A DNA stretch of 64,000 nt from Azolla caroliniana (lineage: Eukaryota; Plantae; Polypodiophyta), in the NCBI GenBank assembly GCA_043228905.1, contig JBHGNT010000013.1:20150001-20214000 (forward strand), read 5' to 3'. Each line of letters starts with the position of its first letter. Within the stretch, counting starts at the first letter, position 1. Below the pieces are notes generated by a model that worked only from the letters and a program-made list of their open reading frames with translations, did no database searches and was not told the origin of the DNA. Shown piece after piece: positions 50,301 through 64,000 of this stretch. A program made the position numbers and the translations under genes.

Positions 50301-51099
50301 TTGATTGTTTTTTATATGCATAGTCAATTAGGTGTCAATAGATTCAAAAATGAAAGTTATGCTTGTGAAGGCCCAAGGACAAACCTTGCATCGTGTATAA
50401 TGATGAAACACTTGAAAGAAGTTGAAACCATAGAAATCTTCAAACACCGTGGACTTGTGGTTCCCTCTAATCATAAATGGATTTGAATGTGCTACCCACC
50501 GCCTAGAGAAGGAAAGAAAGCTTACAATGCATTTGAGGTTATACATGATTTTAGAGAAATTAAATGTTTGTTTCTCCTTAAATAGCTTTTGAAAATTATG
50601 TGACACCAATACTTATCTATAAGGTTGATTAATCAAATGACAACATCCTCTAATCCACTTGGAAAGAGTTTGAAATGTTCAAAAGAACTCGTTTATGATG
50701 TTTATTTAAATACATACTCTTGCTTATTGCTCTATGATCACTTTCCATTGAGATCACGATCATGGAAACTATTGCATGTATATGTTTTAAGGTTAAAAAA
50801 ACTTTCATGTATGTTATTTGTTCCATCGAGTTGCCCGATGGAGTCAGGGCACATTTGTAACTATGAGTTTCTTACTTGCCCAACTACAATTAGAAAATAT
50901 ATATAATATATGTTTAGACTAGTGACATGACATTATAATAAATGCACCTCTCCTAGTTCAAAGACTTGTGCCAAGATATACTTTTTGTTGAGAAGCTTGG
51001 CAAAGTGTTGATTTTGGGTTTAGGGTTTATCTTTACTCTTCATAACTACATATATATAACCTTCAAAAAAGATAATTATGGCCTAAGCAATGATTCCAA

Positions 51100-52700
51100 G
51101 CATAATTTGCCTCTAATCTATTTCTTAAACTACGATGTTTCCATTCTCCAATATCCATGTTGTTAATGGCATTCATCTCATCATTTGGATTCCCACCACT
51201 TTAGATTCAGAAAACACATTAAATTTCAACAATGGAAGTCAAGGCCTACTAGCCACCTTCTCCTTATCCATATCAAAACCTTCAAATCCCTCTTAAATCA
51301 TACTTTGCTTTGATCACAATTGATTCCCATAACCAATATATGTTTTGTATCTCCCAAGTCTTTCACAACATAAGTCTCGTATCACTTTTCAATCAAAGCA
51401 CCAACCACATCATTATCAATGTAAGCAATAAGCATATTGGACACATATATTACAAGAATGATCAAGCTACCATCTTTAGCATAAAGGCGATAACCATCAT
51501 CATGTCATGATGTAAAGGCATCAAAGTTTTTGTATCGCTCTTTAGGTATTGCTTCAAACCTAAAGGCCCCTTCTAAATTTTCATACTATTTCCTCCCTTA
51601 TTCCACAAAACCGTCTAGTTGTATGTGTCCTTGTTAATATCACCAAAGGTAATCTTAACATCAATTTGAATAAGATCCACATCTTTCATTGCCACCATGA
51701 CATGAATGCTTAGCAAGTGTGGAAAATCTCATCCAATTTGACCCCTTTGATTTGTTTTAACCCTTTAACAACAATGCGTGCCTTAAACTTTGGTTTCTCA
51801 TAACTACAAAGAGCTTCATATTGTAAACTTATTTACATGGTAGTTCTTTCTTTCATTTTTCATGTTTCATTTTGACATCAATTGTGTACATCATATTGCA
51901 TGGTGCAATTCCACTCGTGGTTATCCTCACGGCATGGCCTTGTCACAAAAAGAGAGCTCTAAGAAATATGTCGACATAAGATAATCCATGATGGATAGAA
52001 TCATACATATATATTAGGAGGATAAAAGATGTGAGCACATCTCAACAATGGAGTTACATTTCAACAATTACCAACCAATTCAACATGTATCTCAACATTT
52101 CGTATTTGCCCATTCTCAAAATCATTTCCATTTTGCATGCATCCATTTGTAGTGATTTCATCTTGTCTTTGTACATTCTTGCCATCATTAGGATGATGCA
52201 TCCATGGTTAATGGTACATCTAAGCAGGAATATTTCTTCTCATCCATTGATACACATGGTTTTTTGTGCATGGTCTTCTCATTGAAGACTTCATCATGAC
52301 TCCACAAAAACACTGAAAACTACAACCTAACTCCTACATGCTTTAAGATTCCATAAGGATGACCCACTTCACTTTCTCACCACAACCAAAAAAGATACAC
52401 GTCTTTGATTCATGTCAGGCTTCTTAAAATAGCTCTTTGTGCCTCATGCAAACACTCTTAAATCAACTTAAAGTGTTTTTTTGCCATCTCATCTCTCTTT
52501 GGGGATATCCCATCAAAAGGTTTGTAGGATGATTGATTTATCACATGAATGACAATCTACAAGGCCCCATCCCTAAAACCACAAGTCATACTTGAATGAG
52601 ACAAGATGCACGTAATTCTCTCTCATATTTTCCTATTCATGCATTTGGCCACGCCATTTTAGGGAGGTGGACAAGGATCAATGAATTAGCTCTAAATTAG
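51100..52700 (-). mobile_element. Highly decayed Copia pol remnant
   Basis: Reverse strand shows GLKQ- and KARIV-like remnants around 51550-51790; boundaries approximate. Confidence 0.45.
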
Positions 52701-53346
52701 TTCGTTAAAAATAAATTGTCCAACATTGTCGTTGGATAGGAGTTCGAGCTTCTTGTTGTTTTCACTTTCCACTTGATTCGACCACTTATGAATATACCGA
52801 AACATCATCATTATGTGCCATATAACTTACTAAAAATTTCCTAATTCATCATTAATGAAATTAAAAAGTAAGCTTAATTCCCAAGGGAGTTACTAGGCAA
52901 TAACCAATATGCATTAATTTATGCAAGCTCAAGCACGTCATCCTCCCATTCCATTCCTACTGATTTTACATTCAAACTCATGACTTAACCATTATTGCTT
53001 GAATAGCTCATTTATTCTAGCTAGCCATGAATCTAGTGCAAGATTTAGTTTTCTTACCATACATTCATAAGAGACAATATGTAACCCAAATTGCTTAAGA
53101 CTTTCATTCATTTTCCAAATTGTGTGGCCCAACCAATGACACAGAAAAAAGGCATAACAATCAAGATGGTCTTCTGCATAAGGAACGTCATAATATAAAA
53201 AGTATGAAAAATTGATTCCAAGAGCCACGACCATGGGTCCTTTGAGAAGTTTAATATGATAGTGTTGAGAATCAAACTCAACTTCCCGTGAGTGGGAACA
53301 CACTCTAGGATACTCAAGTGTGTGAACACCGCACCTCCTTGTATAG

Positions 53347-53542
53347 TAACTAGTGTGTCATACAAGTTAATGTCCTATTACACATATTCCTTAGGTAGTT
53401 AAGACACGACCTCTTTCCCAAGAGGTTGTACTAGTGAGAGAACTTAGAGAGACGGTGACTACATAAGCACCTTCTCCCTCTCATTGTAAACATTGGTTCT
53501 TCTTGCTTTCTCTATAATAAAATTTCCTGATTGTCTGTAATC

Positions 53543-53581
<39 letters not shown>

Positions 53582-56500
53582 ACACACACACACACACACT
53601 CTCTCTCTCTCTCTCTCTCTCACTCTCTCTCTCTCACTCAATTCTTCCGTTGCACAGAATCCATCCGATTCTTCACATGGTATTAGAGCACACGGTTGCT
53701 TGATCGAAGCCCATTGCCTCTGCGTGTGTTGTGCCCGATTCCGCGTTTGACAAGAATTGATTGATTGCTGTAGCAACCATCTACACAGTTCGCATCAAGA
53801 AGAAGAAGAAGAACCTCACCATGAACACACAGATGGAAAGCACTCTTCCTACCGAAAAGCTCGACAGAAATAACTTTGCATCTTGGGAGTACAAGATGTA
53901 CCAATACCTTGTCGGCCAAGGCTATTGGAGTTATGTCGAAGGGGTAAATGAGAATCAACCCAACCCAACACATGCCGGCTACCCAATATTTTAGAGAGAA
54001 CAAGATTGAAAGGAATACTCTTTCTTGTAGCAATTCACAAGTTAGTTGAATGGGATTTTTATGCTATTCTAAACATAGAACACGGATAAGATCGAAAAGC
54101 TTCAAAAGGCTCGAACCTGTATGCAACAAGCCAAAGTAAAGGGAGATGAAATTCGCATAATTGGACTTGCACAATTGGACAAGGAACAACGAGATCTCGT
54201 TGATGCAGCTGATGGAGATCCAAAGAGATTAGAAGACGGTAAAAAGGTAGTCTCGATGACATAGATTATTTGAAGAATCGACGTGTTTGATCTGTCGATT
54301 TAGAAAAGCCCATCGAAGATGGATCATACTCGGGGATTTTTTTAACCCAAAATCAATTCTATCAAAATGATTCATCCATTGGGTCTTTCTGGGAACCAGA
54401 AGAATTGAAAATGCTTTACTAGTCGCTAAGATTCTCACTACGCCACGATGTAACATCAAGATCTCTAATAGGATTGACTAGGAAGAAGGTTTCGCACGAA
54501 GATACGAAAATCGTGCTTGGGAGCAAGCGGTGAGTCGTGTGTTGTACTCCCTTGCATCGTGCGTTCGTGATCACATGCTCGACTACATCCGAGAGGCCAA
54601 AACGCCGAAGGAGGCGTGGGGGAACCTCAAGAAGATTTTCGCGGCCAACACGACTGCAAGAAAGCTTCAATTGCATCAAGAGTTGAACGATATACAACAG
54701 ATGGACATGTCAATCAACAGCTACACCTTGAAGATCAAGGAGTTGTGCGAAGCCCTCGGGTCGATCAATATTAGCATTGACGACGATGAAATGGTGCAGA
54801 TTTGCCTCGAAGGCTTAGCACCTCGGTTCAGGGTCATTCGGTCGGCTGTCCTCGCGAGAGAGAAGCCTCCCTCCTTCTTCGATCTCTAGTCGATGTTGCT
54901 GGTCGAGGATAATCACGTTCGAACAATATGCAAATTATGCGCAAGAAGGACAAACACTCTATTCGAACTTCGATGGAGGAAGAGGAAAAGGTTGGGGAAG
55001 AAGATGTCGATTTGGTCAAGGCCGACACAACCAAGAGCAACCCCGAGAACACAACTTCTATTATCGACAAGACGTCTTGAACGCTCGAGGCGGAGCGTCC
55101 GAGAAAAGGGGGAGTAATCAGGTCAGACCCGGAAAAAGAAGAGTGAGTCGGCCTCCACAAGCCAACAACTCACAAACTACGCCTCCAACTCCGACTACGG
55201 TAATCATGGTAGAATGATAGTGATGAGGCACATCGCGCACTCGATGACAACCTCAAACCCGACCAACACCTCCAAACTAGAAGATGTATGTTTTGTCGAC
55301 CCGAGTGCATTGAACCACATGACATCCCACGAGGATTGGTTCAAGGAGCTACGAAAGCCCGAACAGCCCGACTATGTGGAAACTGGGGATGACACAATTC
55401 ATCCCATTCAGCATATCAGCAATGTCCCATTTGGGGAAGAAGGCAACCAAACATATATCAAGAACGTTTTGCATGTTCCTACAATAACAAAGAACCTGGT
55501 CTCACTTGGCCAGATAGTCGAACAAGGCATGCAAGTCCGCTTCAACGATGGCGGATGCTTCGTCGAAAAAGAAGGCCGACTCATCGCTAGGGGTAGGAGA
55601 GAAGGTTGGATGTTCATCCTCAACTCTCACGAGATGAACTCGGCAATGTATGCCAAGGGCTAGAGAGACGACGACGAGATAGAGTTGTGGCACAATAGGA
55701 TAGGCCACATCAATTTCCAAAAGCTCAAGGGAATGTAGTCGAAAGGAGTTGTCACTGGACTCCTGACCTTCACCAAAAAGGAAATTGCAGGCGTGTGCGA
55801 AGCTTGTCAATTCAACAAACAACACCGACAACCATTCCCAAAGGAGAGGAACACAACCAAAGGGATCCTGGACGTAATACATTCAGATGTATGGGGACTA
55901 TCCCAGACGGCAATATTCAGCATGCAGCCGAAGAGCAAAGTGTTCGTACACTTCTAAAGGTTAAAAAACAAAGTCGAAAAGGCAACCGGTCAGCATGTTC
56001 GATGCCTTCGATCAGACGACGACAAGGAGTACTTCTCCAATGGGGTTACAACATATCTTCGACAAGAAGGAATCTGACAGGAGTTTACCTGCCGACACAC
56101 ACCTTAGTAGAACGGAGTAGTCGAACACAAGAATCAGCGCATACTTGAGGTGGCAAGGGTAATGATGAACGAGAAACATCTGCTAAAGTCATATTGGGTT
56201 GAAGCGCCAAATACAACCATTTATCTTATGAATCGTTGCACAACATCAGGAGTGCACGAAGTTACCTCATGTGAAGTGTTCTATGGGAAGAAACCAGATC
56301 TATCTCATGTTAGGATATTCGGTTCAATTGCATATGTACATATTTTCGACGACCTGCGGTAGAAGCTCGATCTCAAGTCGGAGAAATGCATACTCATAGG
56401 GTACTCACTCGAGCAAAAAGGGTATAAGTGCTTCAACCCTTCCACCAAGAAGGTACGAGTGAGTTGGGATGTATTCAACAAGTCAACGTCCTGGTATACA

Positions 56501-58714
56501 ATCAAATCAACCCCATCTGACACAATCGAAACCGAGTTCAACACAGATGTAGAGGAGGATGATCGACCGAGGTTCACATAAGAGGAAAGTCCAATCCTAA
56601 CCAGGTTGAGTTAACCACAAGAACCTCCAAGCGACCAAAGCACGTCACAGCCGAGTCCGAAACAGGACAAAGGAAAGGCTAAAATGCATGAGTACGAAGA
56701 CTCAGTTGGAAATGAATGGACTCACTTATCTGACAGTGAGTTTGGTAGATTGGATGTGCCCATCATGAGGACACCAGGAGAACCACGTCGATCCACTCGA
56801 GAAAAGAACGTAGTCAACCGATTCGGTTACAACGACTACATGGCATATCATTATGCATTCATCATGAAGGTGTCGATAGTCTGAGAACCGAAAAACTACT
56901 CCGAAGTCGCGAAGGATCCTAGATGGGTTGAAGCGATGAATGAGGAGATGCAAGCACTCTCTAAGAACGAGACATGGGATCTCGTCCCTTCTTCAAACCA
57001 CCAAAAGGCAATTGGATGCCGGTGGATCTTCAAGATAAAGCACAACACCGACGAAATTGTCCATCGGTACAAGGCTCAGCTTGCGGCAAAGGGGTACGCG
57101 CAGATGCATGGTGTCGACTACGAAGAGACCTTTGCCCAGTGGCAAAGATGACTACAATTCGAACCGTGATCGCGCTTGCAGCAACAAAAGGGTGGCACCT
57201 CCACCAAATGGATGTAAAGAACGCCTTTCTACAAGGCGAGTTAGACGAAGAGGTGTACATGGTGCAACTACCCGAATTTGTGTCAACTACACATACGATT
57301 GTTGTCTGCCAACTCAAAAAGCCTCTCTACGGCCTAAAGCAGGCACCGAGAGCATGGCATTCGAAGATAATACAATATCTTCATCAAATCGGCTTCAACA
57401 TGTCCAAGTCCGACAATTCTCTATTCATTCGGAGTAACTCTAGAGGACAAGATTGCTCATCATTTATGTGGATGATTTGGCCATAGGAGGAGATCATTTA
57501 GCAGATATTGAGCACATCAAGAAGCTCCTCTCCAACTGATTCGAAATAACTAATATGAAGAGCTCCATTAATTTCTAGAAATAGAAGTAATTCGGACACT
57601 AGACGGTATCACGCTTTCTCAAAAGCACTATACCCTCAATATTCTTTACAAGTTTGGGATGACACAGTGTAAGCCCATCACTACTCCTCTCGATTGAAAT
57701 CTAAAGCTAGATGCTGACTTAGGCACTGGAGAGTGTGAGCTGATGCATGATCGTCAACTAGTCGAAAGCCTCATCTACCTCACAATTACCTGACCCAACC
57801 TGAGTTACCTAGTCAGCTTCCTTAGCCAATTTATGCAAACTCTACGAGACATCCATCTCGACTGTGTTAGGCGAGTGCTAAGGTATGTGAGTAGAACCAT
57901 GGATTTCGGCATCCTTTACAAATCAGCCACACCGATATGACTCGAAGGTTATACCAATGCCGTCTAGGCCGGCTACAGATCCGACTAACGATCGACATCC
58001 GGATTTGTCTTTTCTCTCGGCAGTGGCGCCATATCGTGGAGTAGTAATAAACAACCGACAATAATTGCACTATCGAACACCGAAGCCAAATACAGGAGCG
58101 CGACCGTAGCCGCCTGCGAAGTCGTTTGGCTCAAGAGAATCTTGAAGGATTTGGGCATTCCCATCAAGGATCCGATTCTCCTCTACTGTGACAACATGAG
58201 CAATATTCACCTCGCTCGGAACCCAGTCTTCCATGCTCGAACTAAGCACATTGAAGTGCACTATCACTTCGTCTGAGAGCTTGTTCTAGCCAGGGATGTC
58301 GATGCATACGACCGACATCTTCACCAAGGCCCTGGGAGTCGATAAGTTGCAGCAGTTCATGACTAACCTAGGTCTTTCTACCATTGACCAATCGAGCTTG
58401 AGGGGGAGTGACAAGACTACACGCGACCATAACTAGTGTGTCATAGAAGTTAATGTCCTATGACACATATTCCTTAGGTAGTTAAGACACAACCTCTTTC
58501 CCAAGAGGTTGTACTAGTGAGAGAACTTAGAGAGGAGGTGACTACATAAGCACCTTCTCCCTCTTGTTGTAAACGTTGGTTGTTCTTACTTTCTCTGTAA
58601 TACAATTTTCTGATTTTCTGTAATCACGAGCTCTCTCTCTCTCTCTCTCTCTCTCTTTCCTTACACACACACACTCAATTCTTTTGACGCACATAATCTA
58701 TCCGATTCTTCACA
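53347..58714 (+). mobile_element. Degenerate Ty1/Copia element C
   Basis: LTR homology 53347-53677 vs 58430-58714, PBS TGGTATTAGAGC at 53678-53689, PPT GAGGGGGAG at ~58400-58408. gag from 53821; integrase and RT (HQMDVKNAFLQG, LYGLKQAPRAW, RTKHIEVHYHF) with many stops. Confidence 0.9.
53986..54514 (+). other. Foreign ~530-bp insert in the Copia C gag, probably plastid ycf2-derived
   Basis: Interrupts gag between AGYP and AWEQA; translations HKLVEWDF and PIEDGSYSGIF...FYQN...SFWEP resemble the Ycf2 C-terminal region as I remember it. Confidence 0.45.
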
Positions 58715-59582
58715 GATAGAAAAGAAAAACCCAATAGAATAGCCATCAACAACTAGAGGCCCAACAACACCATGATAATAGGAGCACAACTTACCATTTG
58801 TGGCACAAAAGTGATACTATTATTGAAGCAAAAATGGGTGTCGTTTGCACCAAGTATGTCATATGTATAATCATCACACAATCTCCCACTTCCACGACAT
58901 GTGCTGATATAGAAGCAAACCTAATATTTATGAAAGGTGACATGGAATGACGGTTCAAATTCAAGAATTCAATCGTTTGATGTAAGCTATCATCCACAAA
59001 CAAAGCATAAGGAGGTATACATGAAGCATACAAAAGGTAATCAAAGATTACCATACATCCCAACCAAGTAATGCATGAACCTTGAAGATGTCTATTCAAC
59101 TTTTTAAACCCAAGGGTAATAGAACTTCATGTAGATTTCTCAAGATTATTGTTTACAAATTTTCTTAAAATAAAAGTTTTAATTATAAAATGTTTGAAAT
59201 TTTCGATATTACCAACGAAGATATAATAAACTTGTCGTCTATATGTAAACTTTTAATATGGTTAACCAAACCCAATGTTGTAATTTGTAAACAAGGATGC
59301 TTACAAGTTATAAGACATTAAAAGTCATAGAGGAGAAAAGGGCCTCCTTTAGGGGGTTCAACGAATAGATATTAAATTAGTTATGTATGAAGTAATCTAT
59401 ATAGTTTGTTTTTATGAATGTCCTTACATACAAGAGAGAAAGTTGAACCTAATTACATTAATTTTGTGCTAATTGATGTATATTGCCTTTGCTTCATTGT
59501 CTCTCAGTTGTTTCTATTTGAGTGCTTTTATTAACTAGTGCACACTACATGATCATAGGGTGGAGCTCAACAACAATGTCCC

Positions 59583-59613
<31 letters not shown>

Positions 59614-59699
59614 ACAAAGTAGTGGCCCTTTCTTCACTATGTGCTCTATACCTTGGTAACTACGCAACTACAATGTGTCATTAGTGCATAATATCAACT

Positions 59700-60250
59700 G
59701 TGGCTCTATTTATGATTATTCTATTTAGATGGTTGATTGTTCATTATGTGGTTCCTATCAGGGTTTGGATGTATTGTAAATATGTGGATAAGATGTGTGA
59801 TTTTTGTGGGTTAGAAGTGGGGTCTCTTCATCACATATTCTGGTCATGTATGATCGCCAAATTGGTTTGGAAAAGGTTTTTACGTCTATTGCATGAGGTG
59901 TATGGCGCTAGAGTATATAAATGGGACGCATTGATGTGGCCTGATTTTAAGGGTGAGGTATAAGATTATGCAAAAGAAAAGGTTAACTTTGCATTATATA
60001 CAAGAGGTTGACATGTCGAGGAAGTATCGCCATATATGCCTATTCATTCGGTCCAGAATGGAGTGGTTTGGGAGACAATTAGTTCAATAACCTTATGGGC
60101 TTTGTGGACTAGTAGATGTCGAAGGATATTTGACCATTGTAGTAATATTCTTGCACGTGTCAAGCTATTGTTTGGTAGACTATTGAAGTTGATGGCACAA
60201 AATTGCTTTTGAAACCGTGGGTAGACAACATTTTGCAACCACAAAGGAGT
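59700..60250 (+). mobile_element. LINE ORF2 C-terminal zf-RVT remnant
   Basis: CDFCGLEVGSLHHIFWSCMIAKLVW motif and a downstream LWALWTSRC. Confidence 0.65.
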
Positions 60251-60879
60251 TACACTTCAAATAACATTTGATAGTTGTTGGAATTGGACAACACTACGCA
60301 ACCACAAAGGAGCGGTCAGGATGGCCGTTTACCTGCAGAATCAGACATCTGCAAATGGAGGAGTGTCACCGCTTGTTTGCACACGTGACACGTTCTCGGT
60401 GACAACATGGTTTCAACTCTCACCTAATGTTGAACTCAGTGGAGGTCCAAACTCACGATAATAACGATGATGGATGTCATGCCTTAATCACTCCCCACAA
60501 CATTTGCATAAGAGGCGGACCATTTGTGCAAACCCAAGCAATATGAAGTTTCCAAGAGGGGGGAGAGTAGAGGTCATGAACAAGGACGAGGCAGAATGAT
60601 CAGTCGACCCATGACATAATTACGTCTCATGGTTCAAACATGTTTTGTACCGGCGAGGACAAGAAACATAATGACTTTACAATGCCTGGGCATAATCGCG
60701 TACAAGCGAAAGGAGAGAAGAAGAGAACACGGATTATGAGTATGGATAGTCAATCAGGGAGGCATGTCCACAAGAAGGCGTGCAGTGGTGAGGCGAATTT
60801 GAAGGTAAGGTGGTTGAGTGTCCACTGGAGGTGAGACAGACCAAGTGTGGATGGATCATGGATGGGCATTGCCCCCTTC

Positions 60880-60887
60880 TCTCTCTA

Positions 60888-60926
<39 letters not shown>

Positions 60927-60993
60927 GTTCCGGCTTTGGCGCGCGAACGTGAGTGCATGCTCGCATTCAAAAACACGCAGAGACACAGTGACT

Positions 60994-61038
<45 letters not shown>

Positions 61039-61089
61039 CCGAAGACGGAGACCAGAGTTATTCTCTGCGTCATCAGGTAAACACGCACA

Positions 61090-61142
<53 letters not shown>
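60880..61142. repeat. Microsatellite cluster (CT)n, (AG)n, (AC)n upstream of the CH-domain gene
   Basis: Directly visible at ~60890-60923, ~60997-61035 and ~61091-61142. Confidence 0.95.
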
Positions 61143-61145
<3 letters not shown>

Positions 61146-61419
61146 GCGCACGAGGCCGAGAAGACCAGAGAGATAAGTATGAGGATCCAGAGGGAAAGGA
61201 TCTACATACAGAATGCATCGAGATAGAGATAGAGAGAGCGAGAGAGGGTCCAGAGAGAGAAGACCTAGAGCGAGAGAGGATACCAATCTCAGTAAATAAG
61301 TAGTAATGTTCGGCCTTTGATCCATTTTTATCCTCTGTTTCTTTGGTTGATCACCGTTAATTGTTGTCATTTTTATTTTTTGACTTCGTTTTGATCTGCA
61401 AACTCGTGTTACCTATAAG

Positions 61420-63405
61420 ATGGGAGATTCACAAGGATCTGATCACATTGTTGTTGCGGCCGCTGAAGCAGGTATTTCTGTTATTATTGAAAAGCTCACT
61501 TTGTGGTGCATAATTATATGCATACATCCTCATGTAAATCCTTTTTTGTTTGAGTGCTGAAAATATTTCTTTTTGATGCAAATGTAGGGTTTATTTATAT
61601 CAATTGTTGTGGAAATTCTTGTTTTTAGGATGTAGCTCACTATGCTGATGCGAATCTAGCCCTTCTATTTATATTTATCCTATCTTAATCCATTATAGTA
61701 TGCTGAAAAGCCTACATTGATTCAAAATTAAGGGGTTATATATTCCTCCATTATTTGGAATATCATTTTTATTATACTGCCTACATGGATTTGAAATTTA
61801 TGGTGTGTGCATATCCATCCTCATATAAATATTTATTCTGGAACAGCTACATTAAGTCAATGTTTAGGGTTAATGTATACATCCATAATGTGAGCCTATT
61901 TGTTTACGCAGAAATCCACTTTGATGCTAAACTTAGGGTTTATATATGAACACTTGATGCAAACAGTAGGGTTTACATCATGTATACAAATGATTTGATG
62001 CAAAAGTTAGGGTTTGTATGTATATGCATACAATTCGGGAAAAATTTATATAATGCAAAATTTAGAGTTTATATACCTACATATACTATGATTCAAAATG
62101 TAGTGTTTATATAGACGTGTGCATATATACATGGCTCTTATAAGTCCTTTCTTTTATCTCAATTTGTTCTGGAGAAGTTTCGAGACGGTATCAGGCAACA
62201 GCATGGTTGCAATGGATGATTGGGCCATTCGATCTGCAGCCCAATCCATCGGAGGAGGATCTACGACTTTTCTTAAGAGATGGAACTGTGCTTTGCAAGA
62301 TCCTAAGAAAATTAGATCCTGAGCTGATGACTCAGGTATCTTTAGAAAATTAGCCATCTTTATTCAATATAGCGGTGCTTTATTGATTTATAGTGTCAAT
62401 GAATGCCAAAGAGTGAAAAGCATAGAGTATTTGCTGGGTTCCCCTCCCCAAACCTATTTGTCTAGATAAGATTATGTTTTAGCAAATTGAGAAATTGCGT
62501 ATCAACCCTAAATGATAAAGGAATCACAAAGAAAAGCAATCACAAAGAAAAGCAATCAAATTGATCTTTGGGTCTGCCTCACACAGCATAATTGCCAAGG
62601 AACAAAAGTCTCTTTAGCAAAAGGAGCTGTAAAAATATATTATGTATATATCGCAAATCTAAAATATCCACATATCCATGGAGATACCCATGTGCATCTA
62701 TACAAATACATGCGTATGTGATTTGAACAAATGTATTTACTTCATATCGTGTCTATGTTGGCAGTTTAGGTCAGGCCATGTACTGGACCCTAATTCCTCC
62801 TTGCAACCTGAAGACTGTCTGAGCACGTTTTTGAAAGCAGTAGAACTATTGAATATTCCGGCTTTTGAAAATCTGGATCTGGCACAAGTAGGATTCATAA
62901 TAACTTCTGATAATTCTTTCATCTGGCATCAATATAAACCCATGGAAAACAGTGATATTTTATTTTGTTTATTTGTTTAAGCAGCCTAACTATCAGCCCC
63001 ATTCTTTGGATAGAGTGGTAGATTGTATTCTTTCTCTGAAATCATATCATGATTCAACAGAAGAAAGTAAAGATCTATCAGGATCCAGGAAGTTTGATGG
63101 GTCACCAATTGCCTATAACACAAGTAATCCAAACCATAAAGGAAACATTAGTAGTCCGAACCATAACGAAACATTGGCATCCCCGTCACGCATGAAATTA
63201 CATTCACATCTAACAAGAAGCCCTAGCCAGCAAAGGAAACGATGGATTGCATCAGAATATGATAGTGTGAGTTCGGTTGATATATCTCTAGAAATGCAGA
63301 ATGCTGGAAATTCACAGCCAAATAATGCTGTACACAAATCACCCGGAAGAGACTCCAGCTTGGATGACGAGAATTTTATCCCTAATCATCCCCATCCCAA
63401 TGCAG
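61420..63405 (+). CDS. 5' exons of a calponin-homology-domain protein, most likely a KCH-type kinesin-14 (partial; continues beyond the window)
   Basis: Exons ~61420-61471, 62178-62335, 62765-62887, 62985-63405. RRYQATAWL...PSEEDLRLFLRDGTVLC, FLKAVELLNIPAFENLDL and RVVDCILSLKSY match the KCH CH domain; the motor domain is not in the window. Confidence 0.8.
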
Positions 63406-64000
63406 GTAATACCAAATCTCTATTATTAGAAGATTGTACCCTTTTCACCTGGATGTGTACACGCGTAAATATTTACACCCCTCGAAAGCGGGTTGAAAGC
63501 TGTGGTTGCTAATGATTGTGAGATTTAGCAGACCATGCACGTTTGACATACTGTACAGCTGCGTGATGTTATATACTGAATTATTTTTGGATTTCTTTGA
63601 AAGATTTAATCTTCTGTCAATAGTAAATCCGAGTTTCAAGTTTGATGAGAATCTTGCACGAAGCTTGACATGAAACTTGGATTTACTATTAATAGAAGAC
63701 AAAAGAGGCAATGGATGAAGTTGATCCAAGTCTGTTTTCTGTCTCAACTTCTTAGACGTTTAAATTGGAATATCTCCTCGGATGTTGGAATTTCGTTTTG
63801 TTGAATTTTTTTTAACATGCATCTACTTCAATACAGTATTTATCTTCATGTTTTCAACTTGACTCAACTTTTATTAAAATAAAAAAGACCTTATGTTGCA
63901 TCTAATCAGAAAGTCTCTACATGGCACCTCATTATAAGAACCATGGTTATTAGTGTGCTGGTTTGTTTTTTGAGTCCAGGCTGTTGACAATGTATATGCA

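Noticed and set aside
60880-61035. (CT)n...(AG)n apparent hairpin
   Set aside because: Complementarity follows trivially from two common microsatellites.

Overview
Eukaryotic plant nuclear DNA (spliceosomal introns, PLS-class PPR gene, Tcn1-like chromovirus); a non-seed plant, probably a fern, is my inference. Positions 1-27 kb are a nested retrotransposon cluster. It holds two tRNA-Trp-primed Ty3/Gypsy-like elements and two related solo LTRs with 4-bp target duplications. It also holds a self-priming chromovirus (7622-25181) inserted in an old LINE, which in turn carries one of those solo LTRs and two full-length Ty1/Copia elements. Positions 27-41 kb are a gene island: an E-class PPR gene with an unusual 14-heptad insertion and two convergent RLCK-VII kinase genes, one with a perfect 136-bp intronic hairpin. 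Positions 42-60 kb hold a tRNA-derived SINE, decayed LINE/Copia remnants and a degenerate Copia whose gag contains a ycf2-like insert. A calponin-homology (KCH-like kinesin-14) gene starts at about 61.4 kb. The most novel signals are antisense tRNA-like A/B-box modules in the U3 of two unrelated Gypsy LTRs, CpG-centred 4-bp TSDs, and a CCGG-rich U3 module shared by a Copia and a Gypsy LTR. All calls were made by eye, with no database searches.
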